Origin: an uncultured Candidatus Binatia bacterium
Lineage (GTDB): Bacteria > Desulfobacterota > Binatia > UBA9968 > JAJDTQ01
Length of the DNA stretch: 64,000 nucleotides
Assembly (NCBI GenBank): GCA_965213675.1
Contig: OZ243916.1
Coordinates: forward strand, 1,376,001-1,440,000
Direction: 5' to 3'
The notes beneath the pieces were generated by a model, which saw only the letters and a program-made list of their open reading frames with translations, did no database searches and had not been told where the DNA came from. A program made the position numbers and the translations under genes. Of this stretch, positions 39,545 through 49,015 are shown one piece after another. Every line of letters starts with the position of its first letter. The first letter of the stretch is position 1.

Positions 39545-39565
39545 CTAGTGTCCTTTCCCACGTAA

Positions 39566-40378
39566 TCAGTGCACGCGTGGCAAGCCGCTGGGCACCTCGA
39601 AGACCCGCCCATCATCCAGTCTCAACGCGGTCAGCGTCCCGCCCCACACGCAGCCGCTGTCCAGGCACACCGTGCCGTTCTCGCGGTGGAACCCCAGAGT
39701 CGCCCAGTGTCCGTACAGGACCGTCTCGCCCGGGTTGGCACGGTGCCAGGTGAACCAGGGGCGGTACCCTTCCGGCGCGTCCGCCGGCGGCCCGGAGAAC
39801 GACAGCGCCATGCGGCCGCCGGCCGTGCAGCAACGGAGTCGCGTGAACACGCCGACAATGCCGCTCCACCTCTCAGGGCCGGCCAAATCATCGGACCACA
39901 CGTCGACGGAGTGGGCCATCTGCCGCCGCAGGAACTTCCCGTAGTCCGCGGCTTGCATCCGCGATTCCACCTCCCGCGCCAGATCCACGGCCTTGCCGGT
40001 GGTCCACTGGGGCAACAGGCCGGCGTGGGACAGGACGTATCCATTCTCGCGATGGATCAGCGGAAGACGCCGCAGCCAGTCGATGATCTCGTCGCGGTCG
40101 GCAGCGGCCAGGACCTTGTCCAGGGTGTCCCGGCGCTTGGGTGCGGAGATGCCCCTGGCCCGGCAGATGAGGTGAAGGTCGTGGTTGCCGAGTACCGCGA
40201 CGCCCGCCGGTCCGAGTCCCTTCACGAAACGCAGCACCGAGAGGGAGTCCGGGCCGCGGTTCACGAGGTCGCCGGCAAACCAGAGGCGGTCGGCGGCCGG
40301 ATCGAAGGCGACGAGATCCAGCAGCCGCCGCAGGGGCTCGTAGCAGCCTTGCACGTCGCCGATGGCGTAGGTGGCCAT
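39566..40378 (-). CDS. apaH: Symmetrical bis(5'-nucleosyl)-tetraphosphatase
   Basis: [34 protein letters not shown]. Confidence 0.95.
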   Translation of the reverse strand: MATYAIGDVQGCYEPLRRLLDLVAFDPAADRLWFAGDLVNRGPDSLSVLRFVKGLGPAGVAVLGNHDLHLICRARGISAPKRRDTLDKVLAAADRDEIIDWLRRLPLIHRENGYVLSHAGLLPQWTTGKAVDLAREVESRMQAADYGKFLRRQMAHSVDVWSDDLAGPERWSGIVGVFTRLRCCTAGGRMALSFSGPPADAPEGYRPWFTWHRANPGETVLYGHWATLGFHRENGTVCLDSGCVWGGTLTALRLDDGRVFEVPSGLPRVH

Positions 40379-40385
40379 GAGTCCG

Positions 40386-40781
40386 CTAGCGGGAACCGCG
40401 GAGGCTGAATGGTCCGCCGCCCCGGGACGCGATGTACAGGAACACGAAACAGAAGAGCACGGCCAGCTCGCCGCCGTTCTCGATGGGCCAGAAACTCCTC
40501 CCGGCGTGGGCCATGAAGTAGGCCGCGGCCATCAGGCCGCTGCAAATGAATGCCGCGACGCGGGTCATGAGCCCCAACGCCACCAGCAGGCCGCCCACGA
40601 GCTCGATGGCGCCCGCGAGGCCCATGAGCGAGAGCATCTCCACCGACCCGCCCCGGCCGTCTGCGCCGCCGAGTACGCCGAACAGCTTCTGTGCGCCGTG
40701 CTGCGCGAACGCGAGTCCGACGACGAGTCGCATGAGCGAGTAGGCGTAACGCGAGGCACCGCGAGCAAAACGTTCCGACAT
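40386..40781 (-). CDS. DoxX family membrane protein
   Basis: RLVVGLAFAQHGAQKLFG, ELVGGLL, NGGELAVL. Confidence 0.9.
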   Translation of the reverse strand: MSERFARGASRYAYSLMRLVVGLAFAQHGAQKLFGVLGGADGRGGSVEMLSLMGLAGAIELVGGLLVALGLMTRVAAFICSGLMAAAYFMAHAGRSFWPIENGGELAVLFCFVFLYIASRGGGPFSLRGSR

Positions 40782-40810
40782 TGCGTTTCCCTCCTCGTTC
40801 CGTCCGTGCA

Positions 40811-41425
40811 TCAGGGGCTTGCGTGAACGATGGCCCGATGCCTGAAACACTGCACCAGGTGATCGTTCACCATCCCCACCGCCTGCATGAAAGCGTAGCA
40901 GATGGTCGGCCCGACGAACCGGAACCCGCGGCGGGCGAGGTCGCGGCTCATGGCTTCCGACTCCGGCGTACGCGCCGGGACGTCCTCATGGTCGCGCCAG
41001 CCGTTGACCCGCGGACGTCCGCCGATGAACTGCCAGATGTAACGGTCGAAGGTGCCGTGCTCCTCCTTGACCCGGAGAAACGCCTGCGCGTTGACCACCG
41101 CGGCGTTGACCTTGAGACGGTTCCGGACCAGGCCGGAATCCGCCAGCAACTCGCGCCGCTTCGGTTCATCATAGCGGGCGACGGTGTCGGGGTCGAAGTT
41201 GGCGAAGGCGCGGCGATAGCCATGCCGCTTCTTGAGGATGGTGTCCCAACTCAGCCCCGCCTGAGCGCCCTCGAGGATCAGAAACTCGAAGAGCGTCCGG
41301 TCATCGTGGCACGGGACCCCCCATTCGGCGTCATGATAGGCCGTGGACAGCTCGGTCTTGGCCCAATCGCAGCGCACGAGCGGGTCGCCGGTGAGAAGCT
41401 CACACCGGTGCCGGAATGCATCCAT
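40811..41425 (-). CDS. tag: DNA-3-methyladenine glycosylase I
   Basis: RCDW, YHDAEWG, LEGAQAGLSW, FVGPTICYAFMQAVG...NDH. Confidence 0.95.
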   Translation of the reverse strand: MDAFRHRCELLTGDPLVRCDWAKTELSTAYHDAEWGVPCHDDRTLFEFLILEGAQAGLSWDTILKKRHGYRRAFANFDPDTVARYDEPKRRELLADSGLVRNRLKVNAAVVNAQAFLRVKEEHGTFDRYIWQFIGGRPRVNGWRDHEDVPARTPESEAMSRDLARRGFRFVGPTICYAFMQAVGMVNDHLVQCFRHRAIVHASP

Positions 41426-41574
41426 CGAGAACTCCTTCTCCAATTGGAATCATGAAAACCTATGCAGGCTCGCGGGCCACTGTCAAACCTTCCACCGATG
41501 GCAACTTCCCCGCGAGACCGCTGTTTTCGGACGGGTCTTCATTCGCGCCGCCAACCTGCCGCTGGAGGTTTTCC

Positions 41575-41644
41575 ATGCTCAAACTCGGAACGCTCCCAGG
41601 AGCCTGCGGCGCAGGCTCCTGGGAGCGTTCCGAGAATCGACTGA
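41575..41644 (+). pseudogene. Internally deleted GST remnant containing a 51-nt palindrome
   Basis: TTCCATGCTCAAACTC equals the GST start; GGCTCCTGGGAGCGTTCCGAGAATCGACTGA matches the GST end; 24-bp perfect arms at 41584-41607 and 41611-41634. Confidence 0.75.
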
Positions 41645-41765
41645 CTTGCGTCACCGCGGGCTTGACCCGGGGTCTTCCCCGCGTGGTGACCGCCAGGGCG
41701 ACCGCCGGTCGCCCCTACAGGTCCTCGGCCTTGCCGGCGACAAAAATCCTCCACACCTGAGTCCA
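41614..41765 (+). repeat. ~150-bp composite REP-containing repeat, copy 2
   Basis: Near-identical to 37781-37931. Confidence 0.85.
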
Positions 41766-41805
41766 CGTATTTGCGAAACGCAGCACCAGGCGCGGCAGCC
41801 GCGGT

Positions 41806-43881
41806 TCACTCGTAACGCAACGCTTCGATGGGATTGAGGCGCGCGGCCCGGTTGGCGGGCTGGAAGCCGAAGAACACGCCGATGGCGGCGGCAAAGGCGA
41901 AGGCCAGCAGGATGGAGCCCGGCGAGATGACGATCTGCCAGCCGCCCATGTAGGAGAGTCCCAGTGAAGCCGCGGCGCCGGCAAGGATGCCGGCGATTCC
42001 CCCCATGAGGCTCAGCACCATCGCCTCGGTGAGGAACTGGCGGCGGATGTCGCGCCGGCGGGCGCCGATGGCCAGGCGCACGCCGATCTCGCGGGTGCGC
42101 TCGGTCACCGACACCAGCATGATGTTCATGATGCCGATGCCGCCGACGATGAGCGCTACCCCGGCGATGCCCGCCAGCAGGAAGCCCAAGGTGTTGGCGG
42201 CCTCGTTGGCCGCCTCGACGATGTCGGTGCGGTTGCGCACCCGAAAGTCGTCCAGCTTGGTGCCGGTTATCTTGTGGCGCACGCGCAATAGCCCGGTGAT
42301 GCCGTCCTGCACGTCCGACGTCGCTTGCTTGTTTTCCGCGCTCACTTCGATGCCGCGCACGTAGCGTATGCCCAGAAGCTTCCGCTGCGCCGTCCGCAGC
42401 GGGACGATGACGATGTCGTCGAGGTCACCGGAGAACGAGGACGTTCCCCGTTCCTTGAGCACGCCCACCACCTCGAAGGGGATGTGCTTGACCCGGATGG
42501 TCTGTCCCATGGGATACGCGTCGCCGAAAAGCTCCTTGGCCACGGTCTGCCCGATCAGGGCCACCTTGCGATTCAGGAGCATGTCGTCCGCGGTGAAGTT
42601 GGACCCCGACTCAACCCCCCAATTCATGATTTCGAGATATTCGGGTGTCGTGCCGGTAAATCCCGGATGCCAGTTCTTGTTGCCGTAGACCACCTGAGCG
42701 GAGCCCCGGACATGGGGCGCCACACGGACCACTCCGGGCACCTCCGCGAGGATGGCCCTGGCGTCCGCCTCGGTGAGCGTCGTGATGCGCGCGCCCCGCA
42801 CGCGCCGGCCGCCGCGGGTCACTGTGCCAGCATAGACCGAGACGCGATTGCTGCCGAGGCGCTCCATCTGCTTGGCGACTCTGGCCTTGGCCCCCTCGCC
42901 AATGGCCACCATGGCAATGACCGCGCCTACGCCGATGATCACGCCCAGCATGGTCAAGGCGGAGCGCAGCTTGTTGACCCGGATGGCCCGCAGGGCGATA
43001 CGGACGTTGGCCCGGAGACCAGCGCCCAAACCCCGCCTGCGGCGCTGCCCCCCGTTGCCGCCGCCATTGCCGTCGCCGCCGCCCGCGCCGGTGTCGCCCG
43101 GCCCAAGGAGGTCGTGGACGCCGCCCGCTTCAGACCCGTCGCCGGAAGCCCCCGAGCCCCCCGCCGCGGCCGCGTCCAATCCCGCGTGGGCGCCCACCTC
43201 CTCCCGTTCCACGAGCCCGTCCTTGAAGTGAATGATGCGCTGTCCGTGGGAGGCCACCTCGGGATCATGGGTCACGAACACAATGGTGATGCCCTTCTCC
43301 CGATTGAGCTTCTTGAAGAGATCGATGATTTCCGCGCCGGTGCGCGTATCGAGGTTTCCGGTGGGCTCGTCCGCGAGAATGATCCGGGGATCGTTGAGCA
43401 GCGCCCGGGCAATGGCCACCCGCTGTTGTTGGCCGCCGGACAACTGCGTGGGGCGGTGCGTCTCCCGTTCGCCGAGGCCCACCAGCGCGAGCATCTCGCG
43501 GGCCTTGCGGCGGCCGGCCGCCGCCGGCGTGCCGTTGTAGAGAGCGGGAAGCTCGGCGTTTTCGAGGGACGTGGTGCGCGCCAGGAGATTATAGTTCTGG
43601 AAAACGAAACCGATCTCGTGGTTGCGCACAAAGGCCATCTCGTCCAGCGAGAGTTGAGCCACGTCGTCCCCGTTCAAGCGATACCGGCCCGTGGTCGGCC
43701 GATCCAGAAGACCCAGCAGGTTCATGAGGGTGGACTTGCCCGAGCCGGAAGGTCCCATGAGCGCCACGATCTCGCCCCGAAAGATCGTCAAGGAAACGCC
43801 TTTCAGGGCCTCCACCCGCTGCTCACCAAGATCGTAGACCTTGGTGACGTCTTTCACTTCGATGACCGGCAACCGTTCCAC
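41806..43881 (-). CDS. macB: MacB-type ABC exporter (ATPase-permease fusion)
   Basis: GPSGSGKST, LSGGQQQRV, ADEPTGNLD, VGGIGIMNIMLVSVTERTREIG, PIEALRYE. Confidence 0.93.
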   Translation of the reverse strand: MERLPVIEVKDVTKVYDLGEQRVEALKGVSLTIFRGEIVALMGPSGSGKSTLMNLLGLLDRPTTGRYRLNGDDVAQLSLDEMAFVRNHEIGFVFQNYNLLARTTSLENAELPALYNGTPAAAGRRKAREMLALVGLGERETHRPTQLSGGQQQRVAIARALLNDPRIILADEPTGNLDTRTGAEIIDLFKKLNREKGITIVFVTHDPEVASHGQRIIHFKDGLVEREEVGAHAGLDAAAAGGSGASGDGSEAGGVHDLLGPGDTGAGGGDGNGGGNGGQRRRRGLGAGLRANVRIALRAIRVNKLRSALTMLGVIIGVGAVIAMVAIGEGAKARVAKQMERLGSNRVSVYAGTVTRGGRRVRGARITTLTEADARAILAEVPGVVRVAPHVRGSAQVVYGNKNWHPGFTGTTPEYLEIMNWGVESGSNFTADDMLLNRKVALIGQTVAKELFGDAYPMGQTIRVKHIPFEVVGVLKERGTSSFSGDLDDIVIVPLRTAQRKLLGIRYVRGIEVSAENKQATSDVQDGITGLLRVRHKITGTKLDDFRVRNRTDIVEAANEAANTLGFLLAGIAGVALIVGGIGIMNIMLVSVTERTREIGVRLAIGARRRDIRRQFLTEAMVLSLMGGIAGILAGAAASLGLSYMGGWQIVISPGSILLAFAFAAAIGVFFGFQPANRAARLNPIEALRYE

Positions 43882-43885
43882 GGCG

Positions 43886-45400
43886 TCAGAGACCTCCGAG
43901 AATCCGCGAACGCACGCGTGAGGTGGTGTTGGTGGCGCGCTTCATGGCCTCCGAGCGTATTCCCACGATGACCTGATCGCCGACCTCCAGACCCGAGACG
44001 ACCTCCATGTTCCTGGCATCGGTGGCGCCGAAGCGGATGCGCTTCCGAACCGGCTTGTCGTCCTGGTAGACCCACACGCCGCCGCGGCCCTCCAGCATCC
44101 ACCGGCGCCTCTGCTCGGCGCTGGGCCGACCGCGCCGGCGCCCGCCTCCTGGCCGGGGCAGATCGGGGTATAGCTGGCGGATGTCCCGGCCGCTGACCCG
44201 GAGTGCCGCCCCCGGCGCAATGAGCACGTTCTGCCGCCGGGCCAGTATGATGGTGACGTTGGCCGTCATGCCGGGCTTGAGGGCCAGGTCCTTGTTGGGC
44301 ACCCGGATCTCGGTGTCGTAGGTGACAACGTTGTCCTTGATCAGAGGCGACGGAAAAATACGCACCACCTTGCCCTCGAACGTCCGCCCCGGGTACGAAT
44401 CCACCGAGAACTCCACCTCCTGCCCGACCTCCACCTTGCCGATGTCCGCCTCGTCGACAAAGGCCGAGACCTTCATTTCCTCCAACTCGGCGATCTTCAC
44501 CAGTGGCGGCGACGACAAGCTCGCCGCCACTGTCTGCCCCGCTTCCACGGTCTTCTGGATCACCACGCCGGAGATGGGCGCGACCACGACGCTGCGGTTG
44601 AGCCGCACCCGCGCCATCTCCAACTCGGCCTCCGTCTGCTGGATGTCGGCGCGGATGCCCGCGATCACCGCCTGCTTGACCTTCACCTCGTCGACCCGGG
44701 CCGACTCCTCCCGGTGGCGCGCGGCGGCGCGTTCGTACTCCGCCTGGATGGACTCGTACTGTTCCCGCGAAATCAGGTTGCGCCCCGCGAGGTCCTTGTT
44801 ACGCCGGTGCTTCTCCTCCAGGCTGTCGAACGCCGCCTTGGTCCCCGCAATGCTCGCGGCCACCCGGGATTTCAGCATCTCCACGCCCGCCAGCTCTCGC
44901 GCGAGATTGGCCCGGGCCTTCGCCACCTTGGCTTCCGCCTGGAGCAATTGCGCCCGGAACAGATCCTGGTCCAGCCGCGCGATCAGATCGCCCTTCCGGA
45001 CCCGCATGGGCACGTCCACCGGCATATCCTGGATGGTGCCGGACACCTGGGTGGAGACGGTCACCGACGACACCGGGTTCACCGTGCCGGTGGTGGTGAT
45101 GCGGGAGAAGATCTCGCCCCTCTCGGCCTTTGCTAGCCGGAAAGGAAACACCTTCTTCGTCTCGTCCGCCGAAGTGAACCTGCCCGTCAGCGAAGAAAGC
45201 CCGCTCCGCACCGAACCCACGCTGCTCTCCACCAGCGCCGGATCGTACAGGAAGAGCCCCGCGCCCCCTGCCCCGGCCAGAACCAGGACAATGGCGCCAA
45301 TCCAAATGACACGCTTCATCGAAGTTGCTCCGTTGCCCCCACCATGGCTGAACCCTCTGTCATTAGACCGTGGACGGTTTCCTTTCCGAGATGGAGTCAT
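43886..45400 (-). CDS. macA: MacA-type periplasmic adaptor (membrane fusion protein)
   Basis: TGTVNPVSSVTVSTQVSG, APISGVVI, VDEADIG, LKPGMTANV; start uncertain. Confidence 0.88.
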   Translation of the reverse strand: MTPSRKGNRPRSNDRGFSHGGGNGATSMKRVIWIGAIVLVLAGAGGAGLFLYDPALVESSVGSVRSGLSSLTGRFTSADETKKVFPFRLAKAERGEIFSRITTTGTVNPVSSVTVSTQVSGTIQDMPVDVPMRVRKGDLIARLDQDLFRAQLLQAEAKVAKARANLARELAGVEMLKSRVAASIAGTKAAFDSLEEKHRRNKDLAGRNLISREQYESIQAEYERAAARHREESARVDEVKVKQAVIAGIRADIQQTEAELEMARVRLNRSVVVAPISGVVIQKTVEAGQTVAASLSSPPLVKIAELEEMKVSAFVDEADIGKVEVGQEVEFSVDSYPGRTFEGKVVRIFPSPLIKDNVVTYDTEIRVPNKDLALKPGMTANVTIILARRQNVLIAPGAALRVSGRDIRQLYPDLPRPGGGRRRGRPSAEQRRRWMLEGRGGVWVYQDDKPVRKRIRFGATDARNMEVVSGLEVGDQVIVGIRSEAMKRATNTTSRVRSRILGGL

Positions 45401-45412
45401 CCGGCAATTCCA

Positions 45413-45429
45413 TGCTGTAACTTACAGCA
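45413..45429. promoter_or_regulatory. Palindromic operator candidate upstream of macA
   Basis: TGCTGTAA-C-TTACAGCA perfect 8-1-8 palindrome. Confidence 0.55.
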
Positions 45430-45804
45430 GTTATCGGGCAGAACGGAACAGGGAGCGAGGGGTTTACGGCCTGGAGTCAGGGGCAGTGAGGTCGAATCCG
45501 CTCCTGTATCGACGAGTAACGCTACGTCTCCCTCAATGTGGAAGCGGGGCAGGACAAGCTCACCCGGAAGCCCAGGTCCACCTGCGGGTCGAATCGTCCA
45601 TGGATCACGGCACGCAAGGAATCACGTTGGGGATGCGGTGCAGCCTGCGGAATCGAGAATTCTCGTTCCGCGCCAGCGACACAAGGCCACTCGCGACCCG
45701 CGATGCGATCTGATAGATCATGCACACACGGGCAACCTTGAACACACGCCGCTGAGCTGCACGCATGCTCATGTGAATGCGGGGCCGGCGGGGAGGCGAC
45801 ACCG

Positions 45805-46710
45805 ATGCTCAGCACACGCTACGACTACAGTCCGATCACGCAACGCCCGCGGCTGGTATGGCCGGGGAATGCGCGGGTGGCGCTCTGGCTGGGGCCCAAT
45901 ATCGAGTGTTTTCACATCGACAAGGCCCTGCCGCGGGTGAACGAGGCGCTGCCGGACGTACAGTCCTACTCGCTTCGGGACTACGGGGCGCGGGTGGGCG
46001 TGTTCCGCATGATGGACGTATTCGACCGCTACGACATGCGCGCCAGTGTGCTGTTGAATGCGGAGGTGTGCGCGCAACATCCGGCCATCATCGAGGAGGG
46101 CAACAAGCGCTCCTGGGAGTGGCTGGGCCACGGCATGAACAACAACACGCGCATGAACGGCTACGGCGCCAAGAAGCAGCGCAAGGTCATCCGCAAGGTG
46201 CGCGACATCATCGCCCAAGCCACCGGAAAGGCGCCCAGGGGCTGGCTCGGTCCGGGGCTCGCGGAGACATGGGACACCCCGGACTTTCTCGCCGCGGAGG
46301 GGTTCGAGTACGTGTGCGACTGGGGCTGCGACGATCAGCCGGTGCCCATGCGCGTGAAGGACGGGCGCATGATCGTGGTGCCGTACCAGCAGGGCATCAA
46401 CGACATTTCGATGTTCGTACACGCCAACCACACCCCAGCGGAGTATTACCGTATCGTGTGCGACCAGTTCGACACGCTGTACCGCGAGGGCGCCAACGGC
46501 GGGCGCGTCATGTGCATTCCGCTACACCCTTACGTGACCGGCATGCCGTTCCGCATCGGCGCCCTGGACCGCGCGCTGGACTACATCTGTTCCCACGACG
46601 GCGTGTGGAAGACCACCGCCGGCGAGATCGCCGACTGGTTCTACGAACACTACTACGAGGCGCCGGCACGGGCGGACGGCAAGCGTATCCGCGGGTTGGC
46701 GGAATCGTAG
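45805..46710 (+). CDS. Polysaccharide deacetylase family, PuuE-like (paralog 1)
   Basis: RPRLVWPGNARVA, RDYGARVGVFR, WLGHG, GWLGPG, DDQP, PLHPY. Confidence 0.88.
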   Translation: MLSTRYDYSPITQRPRLVWPGNARVALWLGPNIECFHIDKALPRVNEALPDVQSYSLRDYGARVGVFRMMDVFDRYDMRASVLLNAEVCAQHPAIIEEGNKRSWEWLGHGMNNNTRMNGYGAKKQRKVIRKVRDIIAQATGKAPRGWLGPGLAETWDTPDFLAAEGFEYVCDWGCDDQPVPMRVKDGRMIVVPYQQGINDISMFVHANHTPAEYYRIVCDQFDTLYREGANGGRVMCIPLHPYVTGMPFRIGALDRALDYICSHDGVWKTTAGEIADWFYEHYYEAPARADGKRIRGLAES

Positions 46711-46821
46711 ACTTGACGCCGTTCGTCTCGAGCCCTCCGACAGGCCCGGAACAAGCGTAGCCGGGCGAAGTCGAAGGACTCCTCGCTCGGAACGTCATCG
46801 CGGCCGAAACCGGGAGATTAC

Positions 46822-47634
46822 ATGGCGTCAGAATGGTCTTGCATTGTGCTGGAGCGCCTCGGCGGCGGGGTTGCGCGCATCCGCTTCAACCGGCCGGAGA
46901 AGCGCAACGCTTTGAGCCAGGCCATGACCGGCGAAATCCTTGACGCCCTGGAAACGGTGCGCGCCGACCCCGATGTGCGCGTGATCGTCACCCGCGGCAA
47001 CGGGCCGTGCTACTGTGCCGGGGCCGACCTGCACGATCTGCGGGCGCTCCACAAGGAACCGCCACGGGACTGGGACCGCTCCCACCCCAACATGCTCTTC
47101 TACGAGAGCTTCCGAAACTATCCCAAGGTCACCATCGCCCAGGTGCACGGCCACTGTCTCGGTGGCGGCATGGCGCTCATGACCTGCCACGACATCGCCA
47201 TCGCCGCGGACACCGCGAAGATCGGCATGCCCGAAATCGTCCGCGGCAGCTTCGGCCAGATGGCCTTGAGTTCCCTCTACCACACCGGGATTCCGGCCAA
47301 GAAGGCGGCGCTGATGCACTTCAGCGGACGGAATTTCCCGGGCACGGATGCCGACCGTTTCGGGCTGGTGTCGGCGTCGGTGCCGGAGGCCGATCTCGAG
47401 GACGTCACCCTCCAACTCGCGAGCGAGATCGGTTCGCGCCACCCCACGGCGCTTGCGTCCGCCAAGATCGCCGCGCACATGGGCCAGGACCTCCCCTGGT
47501 CGCAGGCCTTGCGCACGGATCAGCTCGTGGCCGCGCGCCAGCAGTTGATGATGGACACGTTCTCGGATGTGGAACGGTACCTGCGCTCCCAGAGCGGCGG
47601 CACCAACACCGGCTACCGGCGCGAAGATAGCTGA
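46822..47634 (+). CDS. Enoyl-CoA hydratase/crotonase family protein
   Basis: NRPEKRNAL, CAGADL, HGHCLGGG, IGMPEI. Confidence 0.9.
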   Translation: MASEWSCIVLERLGGGVARIRFNRPEKRNALSQAMTGEILDALETVRADPDVRVIVTRGNGPCYCAGADLHDLRALHKEPPRDWDRSHPNMLFYESFRNYPKVTIAQVHGHCLGGGMALMTCHDIAIAADTAKIGMPEIVRGSFGQMALSSLYHTGIPAKKAALMHFSGRNFPGTDADRFGLVSASVPEADLEDVTLQLASEIGSRHPTALASAKIAAHMGQDLPWSQALRTDQLVAARQQLMMDTFSDVERYLRSQSGGTNTGYRREDS

Positions 47635-47710
47635 CGCGACCGAAGGGACAGCGATAGCGAATTTTCGCTTTCGCGAACTCCTGCGGCGCAAGCTCCTGGC
47701 GCGTATTGCC

Positions 47711-48841
47711 TCAGTCGCTCCGTGTCCACGAAGTGCCGCGCCTCAGCACGTCCACCGCCTGACGCACCATGGTCTCGACGATCCGTGCGGCCGGCCGCAC
47801 GTCGTATTCCCCCAGTAGCCCGGCGATCTGTCCGCCCGGCACGCTCATGAGATCCACCCGACTCCCCTGCTCCGCGGCCACCCGAAACTGGTCGTTGAGC
47901 ACTCCCTGGAACGGCATTTCAAGGGCCTGCAAACCCGACGCCTCCCACTTCCGGATCACCGGGCTGCGGTAGTGGCGGCTGGGCTTGCCGCTGGGGAAAC
48001 GGTCGAGCACGAAGTCCTCTGTGCGGCCCTGGATGAGTTGGGCCTTGTAGTCGGGATGAATCTCGCTCTCCGCACTGGCCAGAAACACCGTGCCGCACCA
48101 CACCCCCACCGCGCCCAGGCTCAGCGCCGCCGCCAGGCCGCGCCCGTCGGCGATGCCCCCGGCCACCACCACGGGGGTGGGACTCACCGCGTCCACCACT
48201 TGGGGGACAAGCGGGAAGTTGGCGATCCGACCGGTGTGCCCGCCGGCCTCGTAGCCCTGGGCGACGATCACGTCCACGCCGTTGGCCGCATGCCCCAACG
48301 CCTGCTTCACATTGCCGCACAGCGCCAGCACCTTCATGCCGCGTTCGTGGGCCAGCGGCACCACCCGCGCGGTGTCGCCAAGCCCCACCGCCAGTACGCG
48401 CACGCCTTCTTCCAGAATCACGTCCAACTGGCGCTGCACCATGTCCGGCGTCTTGACCTTGGACCACGGGTCCGGCCCCTGGGTCTCCAGGCCGAACTCA
48501 TCAATGGCGTCGCGCACAAAGCGCACATGGTCCGGATGGGTGCGTTCGAGGAACTCGCGCACGTTGCCGGCGTCCGCGTAGGGCGTCTGCGCCAGCCGTG
48601 GCAGCGTGATGTCCACGCCGAAGGGACGTTCCGTCAACTCGCGCACCGCGCGGATGCGTTCGCGTATGAACCCGGGCTTGAGCGGGCTCCCGCCGATGAC
48701 GCCGAGACCGCCCCCTTCCGAGACCGCCGCCACGAGCTTCGGCGGCGTGGTGGAGCCGCGGCTGTCCCATCCCATTCCCGCCTGGATGACAGGGTGCTCA
48801 ATGCCGAGGACATCGCACAAAGGGGTCGTGAGCTTCGCCAT
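47711..48841 (-). CDS. Nitronate monooxygenase/FabK-like FMN oxidoreductase
   Basis: PVIQAGMG, AQGYEAGGHTG, AGGIADGRG. Confidence 0.9.
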   Translation of the reverse strand: MAKLTTPLCDVLGIEHPVIQAGMGWDSRGSTTPPKLVAAVSEGGGLGVIGGSPLKPGFIRERIRAVRELTERPFGVDITLPRLAQTPYADAGNVREFLERTHPDHVRFVRDAIDEFGLETQGPDPWSKVKTPDMVQRQLDVILEEGVRVLAVGLGDTARVVPLAHERGMKVLALCGNVKQALGHAANGVDVIVAQGYEAGGHTGRIANFPLVPQVVDAVSPTPVVVAGGIADGRGLAAALSLGAVGVWCGTVFLASAESEIHPDYKAQLIQGRTEDFVLDRFPSGKPSRHYRSPVIRKWEASGLQALEMPFQGVLNDQFRVAAEQGSRVDLMSVPGGQIAGLLGEYDVRPAARIVETMVRQAVDVLRRGTSWTRSD

Positions 48842-49015
48842 ACCGAACTCCCATCGCGTCCTGAAGTGTCGTCATTCCTCTAACGCGTTGCGCCGGGCAT
48901 TGCCAATGATCGCGGCTGACCGCCCCGACGCCACCGCAGGCGACCATTGCGTGCGCGCCGGGAGCGCCGCCGCGTCATGGACAGGCCCGCTTCGTCTGTG
49001 TTAGCCCCCATTCAC

